From NCBI GenBank assembly GCA_036172245.1, contig JAYWIR010000009.1:1550001-1614000 (forward strand): a DNA stretch of 64,000 nt, in the 5' to 3' direction. Source of the DNA: Raillietiella orientalis (Eukaryota). The notes under the pieces were generated by a model that worked only from the letters and a program-made list of their open reading frames with translations, was not told where the DNA came from and made no database searches. Both the position numbers and the translations under genes were made by a program. Below are positions 13,500 through 26,181 of this stretch, piece after piece. Position 1 is the stretch's first letter; every line of letters begins with the position of its first letter.

Positions 13500-15700
13500 C
13501 GTGTGTCCATCAGAAGTCAATTCTCCGAACGTGGAATGCCGCCCGGAAGACTTCCAGCCTCTGCCTCCATTCCTCGACCTCTTCTTGACTCGCCCCGGCT
13601 GACGCAGCCTAAAAATTTGTAAGCCGCAGGGAAAAGCAGAGACGAGACTAGTCGACCTGACCACATTCCAAGCGGAAACAGGGTCGGTCCACCGAAAGGA
13701 GGCGCGTTGCCTCGGAGCACCGAGGAAATGGGTGAGGACGGTGGAGGTTGATTTAGGAGCCTTCGGGAAACCAAGCGGGTGCCAGCGAGTTGCGGCGCCG
13801 CGATGCTGCAGAATGACTCTCCCCTCCTCTCTTCTGCTTCCCCCTTCCTGCACCATCTCCTCTTCTAGACCCCGACGTCTTCCAGTCTTCCCTCTGGAAG
13901 GCGAGGGACTCCACACGCACACCCTTGAGCTGATGAGCACATCCCGTGCAACTGCCTCCGGGTGCCTCGCCACTGCCATCCGAGCGCAGCGCCCTCCTTC
14001 ACCTTCTCTTTCTGAGTCGCCCTTCTCCCCAGCTCTTGTAGACCACGCGAGAGAGCTGCCCGTCTCAAGGGCCGCCTACAGGAGCACGACTCCACCCGTT
14101 TCTGCCCCACATCCTTTCCAGCAGCCGTGCAGGGTCACCAGAAGTGGACGATGGCTCACTGCAGAGAGCGGGAGCTCCTCTCTGCCTTCCTCCTCCCTCT
14201 TCTCCCATTTCCGAGATGAAGTCTCGGGAGGAGACATGATTGCTTCCCGATGCCGTGCAGACTTGGGCACCGGGAGTCTCGCCGCCCTGGGAGCAGCAGC
14301 AGACCATGGGAGCGCAGCGAGGCAGCCTCGAATTCCTTCCTCCCCTTGGCGACGGTCCCTGCATGCAGGAAACAAAGCAGCTCGTGATGAAAAGAGAACC
14401 AAAGCAGGGGGATGGAACGGGGATTCCGGGAAGCTCTCGAGACGTTGCCGACTTCTTCCTTCCACCTTGCGCTCGGGTGGGAAGGAAAGGAGGAGACGGC
14501 GAGAATGAGCTCTTGTTGGGTCGGGATCCTGACCTACCCGGGGAGCTGCTCCTCCGCGGACCGCAGATCCTCCAAAGGGTAACTCCAGACCGAATACCTC
14601 TCCAGTTCCAGCCACCCAAGTCAGCTTCTTCGTCATGACTTCCGCTCCCCGATTCAACCGTCTGGCGGGTGTCCTCGGCAAGCAGCACGCGGCCACGGCG
14701 GTGACAGAAGGCGCTCGGGAAGGGCAACGCTGTCCCGAACAAAGGAATGACCATCTACCGCTAGCCCAGAGAGAGGAACTGCCGACTGGCATCAGCTGCC
14801 CCACGAAAGAGCATCTGCACAGCCCACCCCCGCAGCCTCTCACGACTCGGAAGAGGCTCTCCGGGGAAGCAGTTGGGCCCATACTCCTCCCTCCGCCCCA
14901 GAGAAGACCCCTTAAGTAGGCGGGTTCCCTCTGCTCCACCGATCCCGGCAGGAGTGGTGGAGGACACGGGCGCTGCTTCCGCTCCCAGGAGAGAGACGTC
15001 GAGACCGCCCTGGGCTCCAGTCGCCCAGCAGCCCCCTTCCGCCAGACTGAATGCGCTTCCGCCCCTGCCATGAGTAGCCAGGGTATCCCCCTCCTTAGGG
15101 AGCGTCCCTCGAAAGCGGGGTCGCTCGGAACACGTTGCCCGGACTGCCTGCTTTGCCTCCCGTTGCTCGCCTCGAGCGCGAGGTGGAGGTGGACTACCGC
15201 GACGATAAGCTGCGCCTCCGCGGTGGCAGAGGCAGACGGGTCGCCGTGCCGACCGTGGTCGGAAGGCGCCTGCGGCGCGCGAAAGCAACGGCAGCCACTT
15301 TCCCGAGAAGCCACGCACAACCAGGCAAGCCCTAAGACGCTGTCGCTCCTCGCGTCAGAGATGGGCGCACCGGGACGCTCGGCTTCAAGACTCGACCCGC
15401 GAATCTCCTCCTCCCATACACCGCCCGGGAGCGAAGGGAATCCAGAAGCAAAGCCCGGCTGCCCCTCTCACCCTCCTGCCCCTAACGGCGGTTGACCGCT
15501 CCCGCCAAATCTGCCGGCGGGACCGAGCGCGATCGGCGTCGGGAGGTTCCCTGGCATCCAGCCCTCTTCCAGGTGGGCACCCGGAAACGTGGAGAAAAGT
15601 GGCGGGGAGATGCGCCTGAGCAGAACGGCTCGCTGGCAGCCTCCGGCGCCGCGGCAGTCGACGCGCGGAGGACCACAGAAAGGGCGATTTCCCGCTTCCT
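13500..15700 (+). mobile_element. Decayed RLE-type non-LTR retrotransposon
   Basis: RPEDFQPL (~P.NWRPI); VEVDLGAFG (~WLDL.NAFG); IRAQRPPSPSL (~VRQGCPLSP.L); VSRAAY (~LAY); VSPPWEQ...FLPP (~LAPWQ...F..P), all in order. Confidence 0.45.
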
Positions 15701-17461
15701 CCTCTTCTTGCACGAGGGAGCCACCCAGACGGTCGCACCGCCGGCTGCATCTCTGGGGGAGGAGGAGGAGGAAGACTGGAGAGGCGGGACGGAAGTGGGA
15801 AGTGACATCATCTCGCGGCAATCAATCGCGGGCGAGGAGGCACCACTCGGGAGGGAGTGTGAGCGGCTGGCTGCATCCTTACATCCACCTAGCGGCGGCG
15901 CCTCCGCACGGGATTGGCGCGGCGTTTCCTTGCGGGAGCACTCCCTCGACGGAGCCGCCTGGCAACGGAACGAGGCGGAGGCGGGTGGCGGAGAGGCAGA
16001 GAGGAAGAGCCAGGATCTCCACAGCCACGCCCCCACGGACCCCTCTCGGAGGTGCTTCCCGCTGCGCGCGCCAGTGTCGCAGGCGGGCGCTCAGCGTCAC
16101 CCTGAGCTTCGCCCCCTCTCGCACCGCCTGGATCCCTCCATGGCAAGCATACGTGGACGGGACCCACCGCCTGTGCTGGACGAGGACTCCGATCTCCATG
16201 GCGCGCCGAGAGAGTGGCCTGCAGGGAGAGGCGGAGACTCTGGAGATGCCTCTGGTCACTGGTCAGCAGATGGCGAAGACGCGAAGGCAGAGACCCCCGA
16301 CCGGAAGCGGGTCATCCGGGGAAGGGACCCGGGCGACGGATCGCTGCCGCGGAACGGGAGGGAAGAGGAACGCGGGCTCAGGCGCCGAGTCACCGCGACG
16401 GCGAGGACAGTCGGAGAATTGAGACCGGCAGGCGACTGGAGAGCCTTGGGCACGCCGAGGGAAGCCATGGAGTCGATCCGTGAGGCGGCTGGGGAGGGAG
16501 CGACTCTGCCCTCCTCTCAGGCAGCACACTGCTGTTCGCGAACGAGGCGGGAATTAGGTGAAGGGAGGCGAGCTGATGACACCGCCACCTCCCGGCGCTC
16601 CCTCGGAGCGAGAGAGGCCTCGCTGAGGTGACTGCGGCTAGGGTGCCCGAAGCGGGACCGCGAACGACCCCATGCTCTCCGTGGGCCGCGCCGTTCTATC
16701 TGCCGGAAGAGAGAATCCCGAACCGCCCCCTCCCGGGGAGGGAGGGAAAAGTCATCGTCTTGTCCAGAGGCATCCTCTGGAAAGATCCCTGGAACCGACA
16801 CCGAGCGGACCCTGCTTGCGGGGGAGAGGGGAGCAGGGAGAGAGAAGGAAAAGGGGGAGGGGATAGGACGGTGGCGCCTCCGAGGGGATGCCGAGTGAGA
16901 GCGCAGGAAACCCTCGCGGACATTCCCCTCCCCCTTCCCCAGCTGGTGAGGTCATGGGGACTCTCGAGAAACCATCAGGGGGATCAGTAAATCCCCGCGC
17001 ACGAACGCATGCACGGAGGTGGCGTCGAGCAGCAACTTCCGGGAATGCCGCCCGCCGGTCCCAGGATTCCCGGGAAACTCCGGCGTCGCTCACCGGCCCG
17101 ATGCCGACTCGCAGATCTTCCCGGAGATTCCCGAGGAGCTAAAATTAGCGCGGAGCGCGCCGTCGCTTCCCCGGACGATCATCCCGCACTCCTGGAAAAA
17201 GCCGGCTTGGGAACAACGGCGATGGCAGGGAAAAGGGGGGGAGGGGAGAACCGGGAAGCTGCCCGGAGAACGAGGAAAGGGGGAGGCGGGTAGGGGAAGA
17301 GCGATGTCTGGGAGCCGACGCGGGCGATTTCCGCTGCAGCGGGGGGCACGTTCGCCCACATTCAAAGGGCGGGGTCATGAAGGTGCTCCCTGCGCGCCTC
17401 CCTTCGTGGTCGAGTGTCGTGGGTCCAGGGATCTGCTGTGTTCCGACGGGGGCTCGGTCAC

Positions 17462-18351
17462 GAGGAGCCTCTGGAGGGATCCGCCAGGGCGGCAGCAGCG
17501 TCGGAAAGGAAGAGAAGGCGAGGAGAAGACGTAGTCCGGTAGGGACAGAGGCGCAGCGCCAGCCAGGAGCGCACGGCCGGGAGGAGGGGGAGAGAAAGGC
17601 GGGGGAGGTGCTCGAGCCGTCCTTCCCTCTGCTCTGTCTCCTCGCCTACGGGAGAGAGCGATTCGGGAAAACTCGGGTGGGATCAGAGGCTCGCGGGGTG
17701 CTCTGAAGGGCGTGGGGGCCGACTGCGAAGGCACGCTGCTTCCTTCCGCTGCAGCCGGACGATTCCCCCCGTCCTGGCGAGGGCGGACCAAGCCGGTCCG
17801 TGCGCGCTCGCGGAGCCAGCTGGCGATCCAGGCGGATCTCCCCGGGGAGCGCCCGCTGCGGCAGCGGAGGGAGAGGAAGCGCTCCCGGGACATGAGGCCG
17901 AGAAGCCCCCCCGCATCACCGCTCCGGGCAGCGGCGCGAGGAGGGAGGGGGACAAGGAGAGGCGGACGGAAATCCTGCAACGCCACAGCCGGGAGACGCC
18001 GCCGCTCCCGCTTCGCCCCTTCCGGGAGACCCGGTTTTCCGGGAGACGCTTCGTGGAGGGGTGAGGGGGGACGAGGGGGGAAGGGGAGGGCGCCCCGTCC
18101 GATGAGTCCCCCGTTACCCGGGCCGCCGTGGAGCCGAGCGCCACAAGCCTCGGGACCCTCGAGAAACGACCTCGCAGCCGGGAGCTTTGAGTATCGACTG
18201 CAAGTGCTCCGGGCGACGCCCGCATAGGAGCGCGGCGGTTGCTTTCCGCTTCCTGCGCACGAGGTTTCACCTCCTTCCGGCCGCCCTCTCCTCGCCTTCT
18301 CTTCATTCTCGACGGTGCTGCCGCCCTGGCGGATCCCTCCAGAGGTTCCTC
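17462..18351. repeat. 65-bp inverted repeat pair (17462-17526 and 18287-18351) with a 760-bp spacer
   Basis: Manual ungapped alignment of the left arm with the reverse complement of the right arm gives 60 of 65 identities. Confidence 0.95.
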
Positions 18352-19100
18352 ACCACAGAGTCCACGTCGTAACACGACGAACGGTCCACGGGACTCCGGA
18401 CTGCCTTCAAAGGGTCAGCGAGGAGGGCGAGCTCGTCCACGGCTGGCCGCGATCCGGGACGCCATCCGCGCTCGAAGCCCGAGCGTCGGGACACAGCTGC
18501 GGGGCCTGGAGGCACGTCCGCTCCTCGCCCTCTCGCAGGACCGCGCGCAAAGGTTTCTCCGGAACTTTCCCGGGCAGAAAGCGCGCGGCTCTTCGGATGC
18601 TGTCCGGCAGCTTCTGGGGGACCGCGCGAGCCACCCAGCGCAGGAACCGCCCGCCACTTCGCTGCAGCCCCCGTCCGGTTCCCTGAGCTGCTGCCGCCGC
18701 CGCCTCCAGGAAGAGGCCCGAGGGGAGGCGAGACGACGACAACGGCCGAAAAGCTGCAGTGGCAGGCAACGGAGGGGCTGACCTTTCTCCGTCCGGATTC
18801 GCCGCCAGCGCGGAGCGCTCGCCCCCCTTGGAGGCCCCTGCTCGACGGCCAACCTTTCCGTGCAGGCTTTCCCACGGCGTCCAGCAACAGGACCGATCGC
18901 AGCGAGCCTGGAAGCTCGTCCACCGCTGCAGCGGGAACGCGGGTCGGGAGGGAGCGAATGGACGTCGTCGCTCGGTGCGGCTGCTGCGAGTTCTCCCTGC
19001 TCCCGGCAGTTGCAGCCTTCGCGCGCCCGAGGGTCGCGCGCGATTCGAACTTTTGCCGCTGACGTCACGGCGCAGAGCTCACAGGCGCCGCCGAACGAGA
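18300..19100 (-). mobile_element. Possible decayed non-LTR RT fragment
   Basis: ORF 18415..19134 contains RIARDPRAREGC (~I..GVRQGC), then AAAPSDDVHSL (~LAYADD), then KGQPLRCL. Confidence 0.3.
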
Positions 19101-20549
19101 CGAGCCTCCCCCGTGATCCATTTATTCTGTTCACACGGCTTTTATGATTAATTTATTTTTCGCATTCGTCGAGCAGAGATAAAATCTGCTAACTATCAAC
19201 GCTATAAAATCTTCGCTGTTGTCAAGATCACTGCCAATCCGCGTAATGGGATTTTCCGGAGCGCGTATCGTTTCCTCCGTCTCCCCGCGAAATGCGTAAA
19301 GCTCTGGCCAGCCGCGCGCGCCGCTGCGGCGACGGCGCGTCGGAAAAGACTTCCGGAGACACGGCAGCTGGCGCTGAACGCCAACGCCCCCCATGGCGCA
19401 TCCGACAAGTTTCGCGCCGCTGGCGTGCGCGTTCGACCTGCGCGCCGGCGCGTTCTCCCGCTGCCGTGGAACGAACTGCAGGTGGTAAGGGAGGAGGGAG
19501 AGGTCGTCTCGGCCTTTGCTGCCCAAAAGTCACTTCCGCCTCGCGCCGTTCGCTTCCCGACACGACGACGGTGCGGCCAGCAAACGCCATTGGCGAACGT
19601 GAGACACAAACTCTCTCTCTCTCTTCCCCCCCCCCCCTTCCCCCGGTGTTCTGGTCGAAGCAGCAGCAACAACAGCCGAGGACTCCCGCGGGAGTCGACA
19701 CTCGCGGAAAAGTGTCGCCGCCGTCGACTCCCAAAAGCACCGAATCGCCGCCGAAGCTCTTAATCGCTTAATTACAGAGCCTCCGTGAGCTCCGCGTCTC
19801 GGGCAGATTCCTCCGGCCGGAAGACAAACGACTCGCACACCACGGCACACATCGGGAGGATTCCGTTCGAAACGTGCCGTCGCACGCGGTCAACCATGGG
19901 AACGAGGCGAGCAGGCCTTCGGGGCACGAGGAGCCATTCGGCAGCACGCACAGCACTCACTTATGCCAATAAGTGAAGAGAAACCACACGGTGCGGCTGC
20001 GAACAGCGGCGCTGAAGATAACAGAACGCAGAAGATAACAGGGCGAAGCAGCAGCAGCAGCAGCAACTGCACGGAGACGCGCCTCGAGCCTCCGTACCCA
20101 TGAAATTAAAATGCGAAAACTCAGTTCCAAACTCTTTGTCCAGCAGCGTATTTCATTTCGAATCCAATTTGCGAAACCTACATTAAATCGGGAGGAATTC
20201 CTTTGAAATGAGATTTGCGAAAAGAGTTTCTGCGCTTCCATCCCGCATTGCAGGTCCAATGACACACGCTGCATGCTTTCCGGCGCAAGCGCAAATCCGA
20301 AGTCATGGACCACTTTTTTTTTCTTTTTTTTCTATCCGCATGGAAAATGCACGTTTTGCTTTTCTAATAATTAGACGAAGCTTATTAAAACGTACTGAGG
20401 TATGAGAGCGATTGCAAAAGCGATTCCTCCACCACTCAAAGACATGCGTGGCTGTTGCCGTTTGGAGGATCAATGCACTCTTCGGCCATTTAGGCAAAAG
20501 CACAGTTTACTGAACCTTGAATAAACATCGGCCGGGCAACCTGGAGTCC

Positions 20550-21110
20550 TCTCAAGAATTACAGGGACTATTCGTGCAAAGAGGAATTTCATCCTGTTGG
20601 AACACGTAATGTTCAAAGAGAACAAAGCCTGTTCTTCCTCGTTTTGGGTAGATGGATGCCGAGTCCACGTGAATTGGTGGTCCGGTGGAAACCCGGCGAT
20701 GGAGCGACACCAAGGCAAAGCACGCGTTTCCTCCAAGTGGGAAACACACTGTTTGCTGTGTTCCTTCTGCCAATGACGAAATCCCCCCCCCCCCCCCCAA
20801 AAAAAAAAAAAAATAACGGCAAACTGTACAAGGAGGAGGCGAGGGATGATGCACGGGCGCCATGCTGGTCCTGGAGTTTCACTTTCCGGGCGCGGAGCGG
20901 GCAACCACCACGCGAAATGCGGGTGGATAACCAGAGAATCGTGGGTAGTGCAGGTACCCCACCCCCACCCATGCAGTAACGACTCGAATTCATTAACACG
21001 CATCAATCATTCCCTGACGGAGGCATGTCCAATGCTAACCAGCGAGTTGCTCCTTTGTGTACAGACTCCAACAGATTCCTTTAGGGGTTTCCCTTTTGTC
21101 CTTCATCAGA
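20550..21110 (+). mobile_element. Decayed Tc1/mariner-superfamily transposase (DD41D-like)
   Basis: HVMFKENK...FWVDGCRVHVNWWSGGNP (~FSDE..F...G.VN..N...W...NP); NNGKLY; FTFR/GAGNHH (~FQQDGA..H); TPTDSF (~TP.DF). Confidence 0.45.
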
Positions 21111-21155
21111 GCATTACTCGCATTGTCCCGACTTTCGGAGAAACAAACACGGAAT

Positions 21156-21192
<37 letters not shown>

Positions 21193-22029
21193 TCGCTTTC
21201 CACTGGAAACGATTCGGGTTTATTATTATTATTATTCGAAATTCAACGTATGCCGTGTCCTATGATAAAACCGCCGTGTACCACCTGCTTCCCCGAATCA
21301 ATTTGCGCGGAACGATATGGAGCAGACATGGGCGAAGATGGTCACTCTCCACCACAGCCAAAAGAGAAAGGGGAAAAAAAGAAAGAAAGAAAAAAAAAAA
21401 AAAAAAAGGTTGAAATTTTAATTCGAGTCGCCAAACGAAATTGCTTTTGGTTGCCATCAAAGGAAACTCCCTGTGCGATGATTGAAAACGATGAGTGACC
21501 ACATGAATCGGTCAAAGGGGACACATCGTGTCTATTTGAAGAGCATCAATCAATTTGATCACTCACATAAATTACCCGATCCGCGTCCTCTAAAGTTTGG
21601 ACCGAAGGTGGTTAGAAAGTGGAAGAGAACACGCAGGCGGTTGTGCTTATGCTTTCGAAATAAATCATCCGAATGGCACTCGTGAAACCGAACCCATCAT
21701 CCCCTCTTCTTCGCGATTCCCCACTATGCTCGTTGGCGACCTCAACAGTTGGAAGTCTTCGGCTGGTGCAGACACCGTCCGGATCTTCTCCTGAAAGTCA
21801 TCCCATCCACCATCCGTCCGTTTTCGATTGACTCTCCGATCCGAAAGCATCGAACGCTTTCTTTCCCGTTTGACGTCCTCCTCGCTCGGGATGCTGCCAC
21901 CACGCATCCGAAGAATCTGCAGGCTCTCTCACCTTTCCGAAACCCACGATTCGAATGACTTTCCTAATGCGCGTTCTTCGCCTTGGTTGGGTTTATCTGA
22001 GTGGAATCCGTACGTGTGCTACGAATGAC

Positions 22030-23090
22030 GGAACTAATGATAACAGACGACTTGGCGCGGATCTCCTCGGGATTTTCGGAACCGTTCCATTGCTCTTGGA
22101 TTACGCCACACGTCAGAGGTTTTTAAGTTGACCGTCAATCGCCTCGTGACCTGAAACTTCGCGAAGAGTGTTGTCACTCCAGTTGGCTGCCTCGAATCCT
22201 TCATCGCGACGACCTCTTCCTCGTCGCAGATCATCTCTCCCCACTTTTGGCTGAAGATCGCAGCTCTGCTCAGATACACCACGAATCCACGTTTTGGAGT
22301 CGTTGACCATGGAGAGAATTCCGTTTCTTCAAGAACGATGCAGCGTGGGTTGCACGTGCTCCGTGATGGGACGTACCTTTTCCCTTACTATACATTCACT
22401 GACCAAGGGACCGCCACCACCACCACGTTTCTGGCACTGCAGCACATTCGCATCGCAGTAGGAATTGTGGTCACGGGGAACTGTGCTTCCCTCAGGGAAT
22501 GCTTCGCTGTACCTGTTTTCAGATTCCATGAGATGTCTCTCCTTTTGTCTTCCTTTTTCAGAATTGCACCCTCCTCTCCTTTATCCGGGAAAGGACCGTG
22601 AAACGTCAAGATAAAAGCACTTTGGAAAACGAGAATTCACAATGGAGTGGTATAGTGTCAAGGTACGTGTTCTCAAAAGGCGCAGATCAGTGTGATCCTT
22701 TGATGCTGGCTCGAAGGACGCCACCAAGGATGGAGAAAAATGGAAATTCAATGTAAAGAGAATCGCGACGCACGAAATAACGCCTTTCCATCTGACCACT
22801 TCGTCTGAACGAACGTCTCACTCGACGTAATTACGGATTCATGTCGGGAACGGTCGCATTCCTTTCTGAAACAGGCAGATGCTGCATACACCTTAAGCAA
22901 GCGAGCACTTCCCCGGCGTACGCATTCAATGATCACCTGAAAATTTGTACGCTACATGTACCTACCTGGCTCGGGTCACCCGCGAATTCGTTGTGCCCAA
23001 CGAGAGCAGTCCGGACGCCTCCGTTTCGCATCTCCGGAACGTACTTCGGCACCATCTGTACATCACTTCCGCTCAGTTACAAGTATCGTA
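22030..23090 (-). mobile_element. Decayed mariner-like transposase
   Basis: VMYRWCRSTFR (~VY.W...F); SARNVVVVAVPW (~SAGKVM..VFW); RYVPSRSTCN (~..P.G.T.N); TLFAKF (~DF.LF.KLK), in order on the minus strand. Confidence 0.45.
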
Positions 23091-23964
23091 TATTTCTATT
23101 CCACCACATGGTGACGTATCATTCTGGCACTTAATGGAAGGAGATCTTATCGTCGAAACCGTTCCCAAACGCGTGTTACTTACATTACGACACGTCAGTA
23201 GGGGGAAGAGAGATCGATTTCCGGAGACTTTTTATTTTGTATCTTTCGATATGACAGACGCCGTGGAAGTGACTTTACGCACAAAAGGCAGCGCGACGAG
23301 CGCGACCGCAATTAAGAGACAAAACGAATACCCTTCGTTATTGCTAATTGCTGTGATTACGAAAACGACGACGACGGAAAAATCGGAGCTGAATGTCTTT
23401 TGCATCGATTTTGCCTTCGATGCTGAAACATTACAGTTTGGAGGCGAACCATTCCACTATTTCTACGTGCCTTCGGCGTACTGTACACCTCGCCGGAATC
23501 GCGATTTCGAGTTCCAGCTGCTTGTTCAAAAAGGGATGCGTACGAAAACTTCCCGTTCCGATAAACCGAGTGACCTCGGGTCACGGAAACGTTTCAAGAG
23601 GACTACTTTTAAAGAGGCCTTTCCGTAACGCGCGCATACTTTCCTGATCTGACTTCTTCACGAGTACGATGCCTCCGGCAATTTTACTACGAAACACACA
23701 CTATTACAAGACGATTATGGAAACGGTTCGATGTTTCGTTTCATCCATGTAATCCGAATGTACTCAGTCTGCTACGCACCGCAAGAGGACACCACCAACT
23801 TTGTTACGTTCCGTGGTGCACGCAGCAAAAGGGGCAATCGAGAGAGGTAAGCTACATTAAAGCATCGATAAATAAAATGAATCACGAATATGGATCTTGA
23901 ACGACAATATTAATATATTATTTACAATACAAAACTTTTTGTGAATGCAATATCTGAAAGATTT

Positions 23965-23970
23965 TTTATT
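23965..23970 (-). terminator. Putative polyadenylation signal (AATAAA) of CRIP
   Basis: Plus-strand tttatt is AATAAA on the minus strand, about 70 nt after the CRIP stop, followed by AT-rich sequence. Confidence 0.55.
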
Positions 23971-24039
23971 GAGAATGGAATGTCCGCATGTTCAAAGAGT
24001 ATGAATGCCTGGAACGTTCGGAATGCTCTGAATAAAGGG

Positions 24040-24098
24040 TTAAGAAGTTTTTGTGCACCCTTTGTAAACATAACTTTCTGTACCACCTCTTCCATAGC
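24040..24098 (-). CDS. CRIP: CRIP terminal coding exon: (G)YGRGGTESYVYKGCTKTS*
   Basis: Strong acceptor tgttttgtttttctccccag|GC TAT GGA AGA GGT GGT ACA GAA AGT, in the phase required by exon 2. It encodes the CRIP glycine-rich tail (GFGRGGAES-like). TAA at 24042-24040; total protein 83 aa. Confidence 0.93.
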
Positions 24099-24559
24099 CT
24101 GGGGAGAAAAACAAAACATACATATAAATTAGGACGAAATCCAAAATCAATACATCAAATCAAAATGATTAAAGTATTTATTCATACCGCACTTGAATAA
24201 CACCTTATATGGAGAAATAACACCTTATTGGAAATGAGCCGTTTGAACAGATTTGTTATTATTATTGTTATTATTAACAAATAAAAATTTGATACTAAAA
24301 TGACGTTAAAATGATGGAGGCTTAAAGTGTGATCCCGAAAGTGTCAGGAATTTAATTCGCATTACTATAATTGCAAGAAAAAAAAAAAAAAAAACCCACA
24401 TAAAACCAACATCGACCATTCGACATTCCTGGAATTGGGAAAGGAAGACGTTGATAGCGGGAAACGGCACGTTGCATCGAGAGGATGCGAATCTGGGAGA
24501 CGCCAGTGCTCGTTGTGATCACAGTTGTGATCTCGTTGACTTGCTGATGCCATTTGTGC

Positions 24560-25520
24560 GAAACCGCATAGCAAAGCAATCCTATGATCGCCGTGCGAGC
24601 GTGCAAAACGGGCAAAGTGCATACGTAAACTCTGCAAAAATTAAGGACCCGAGGAGAATTTCACCCATCCGATCCGCGGAGGCTGCGTGCCAACTCGCAA
24701 AAATGATTTCTGAAGAAATAGCAGCCAACGAGGGAAGTTCTTCATCAGCATCCGAGAGCATCTCTTGATGACGACTCGGAAGAGCGCACGCTTTTCATCT
24801 CAACGGCTACCACGACGAAATTCACAACGATTAAAACATCTCAAAACGTTCACACCAAAGTCAGCCACGGACTGGGAGAGGGCCCCATCGGCGAAGAGCA
24901 AAACGCGCGACCCATTAGCGGGATGCAGACTACTTGGATGAAACCTGCTTTCTTCACGGAAGATGGGAGGCAGACGATGATGCACACCATGACCGGTAAG
25001 CATGATGAGATACATAATAATAATAATAATAATAATGACAGTCCAGAGCGAATAGACGACCTCTCGGCCTTCTTGATCGATTTTAGGATCATTGATGATG
25101 GATCCACGAAGGACTCTCTCATCGGCGTTTAACTTTCCAGATATGAACTGGACTGATTTCTGATATGAAATTTCTGTAAGACATTTCTCTATTTATTTAT
25201 TTTTATTTTATTTTATTTTAGGTGCAAGCGAATTTCCTCGCCATTTACTTTGAACTGTTTCCGTGCCCACTGTCCACTACGATTTGAAACAAATTGAAGA
25301 CAAAAAGAAAGCAATCATCTGTAATGAGCAAACATGATTTGCAATGGAGACACTGCCACGATAAACATTTTGACATTGCATGTGTTACGTTCATTACATC
25401 TCATCCTTATGACTTTCTCATTAATGGCCTTTTATCTTTTAAGGTGCAACGCTTACTATTCTCTTAAGGAACTCAGCCATAAACACAATATGGTAACCTT
25501 CGAAGCACAGAAATGCACCA
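24560..25520 (+). mobile_element. Decayed Tc1/mariner DD41D (rosa/Visitor-like) transposase within CRIP intron 2
   Basis: HLLMT / AHAFHLNGY at ~24758-24810 (~MSDEAHFHLNGY); KPAFFTEDGRQT..TMTG (~GP.FF...G..T..G); RSLHL..MTF.L..Y (~RSPDL...DF.LWGYLK), with stops and frameshifts. Confidence 0.6.
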
Positions 25521-26101
25521 ACACACAATGTACAGTCCCAAACGGAACCGCCATTGCCAGTGCTCGGTTTAACGTTTGGTCGAAGAAAAAGCACACAAAA
25601 GAGACAACCAACAAGCAGGTCCTCAAGCTGACGAAAGGGTACAGGAGATCTGAAGAGGAGAATTACCATAGCACCGAACACTGATGTGACCGGGAAAGCT
25701 TTGGAACCATAATATATATATATATATTTGAAAAAAAAAAAAATGAATGAAGGTAACAAAAATAAAAGGAAGTAAACTCAAAATACTCTAAACGTACTCT
25801 CACTGATGAGAATACGAAAATTATAAACGAATAAGGCAATGTGTTTAAGGAATTTTTCGTACTGTTCAACTTGTAAACAAAGAAAAAAAAAAAAAGAAAG
25901 AAAGAAAGAACGAAAGAAAAAGAAATGCTGCATCATACTCGAAGAACACGTGTCTGCGATAAATATGAAAGTGGGAAGGGAAACACGCAAAATCGATGAA
26001 CACGAAGTGTGTTTCTTTCTTTTCTTTCTTCCTTTTTTTTTTTCTTCATTTTTTTTGGCATATTTTAAACGTGCACTACAGCTCACATCGGAAGCGATGA
26101 T

Positions 26102-26181
26102 TTCTCAGTATAGGATATATACATATATATACTGAGAATTAATGTGATATATATATATATATATATATATATCACATTAAT
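26102..26181. repeat. Two abutting AT-rich palindromes; the second is a perfect 44-bp palindrome around (AT)13
   Basis: ttctcagtata...tatactgagaa (26102-26138), then attaatgtg-(at)13-cacattaat (26138-26181). Confidence 0.9.

Noticed and set aside
14065..16631. Long overlapping ORFs (up to 414 aa) on both strands, also at 45.3-46.6 and 57.7-59.4 kb
   Set aside because: Their Arg/Pro/Gly/Ala/Ser-rich composition is expected from stop-poor GC-rich DNA. They have no domains or consistent splice structure.
19505..19525. tctcggccttt, resembling the 5' end of U2 snRNA (the Utopia target)
   Set aside because: The match is only about 11 nt and does not extend.
22945..23628. 227-aa plus-strand ORF in AT-richer DNA
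   Set aside because: Its listed start is not an ATG, it has no recognisable domain, and it overlaps a probable mariner relic on the opposite strand.
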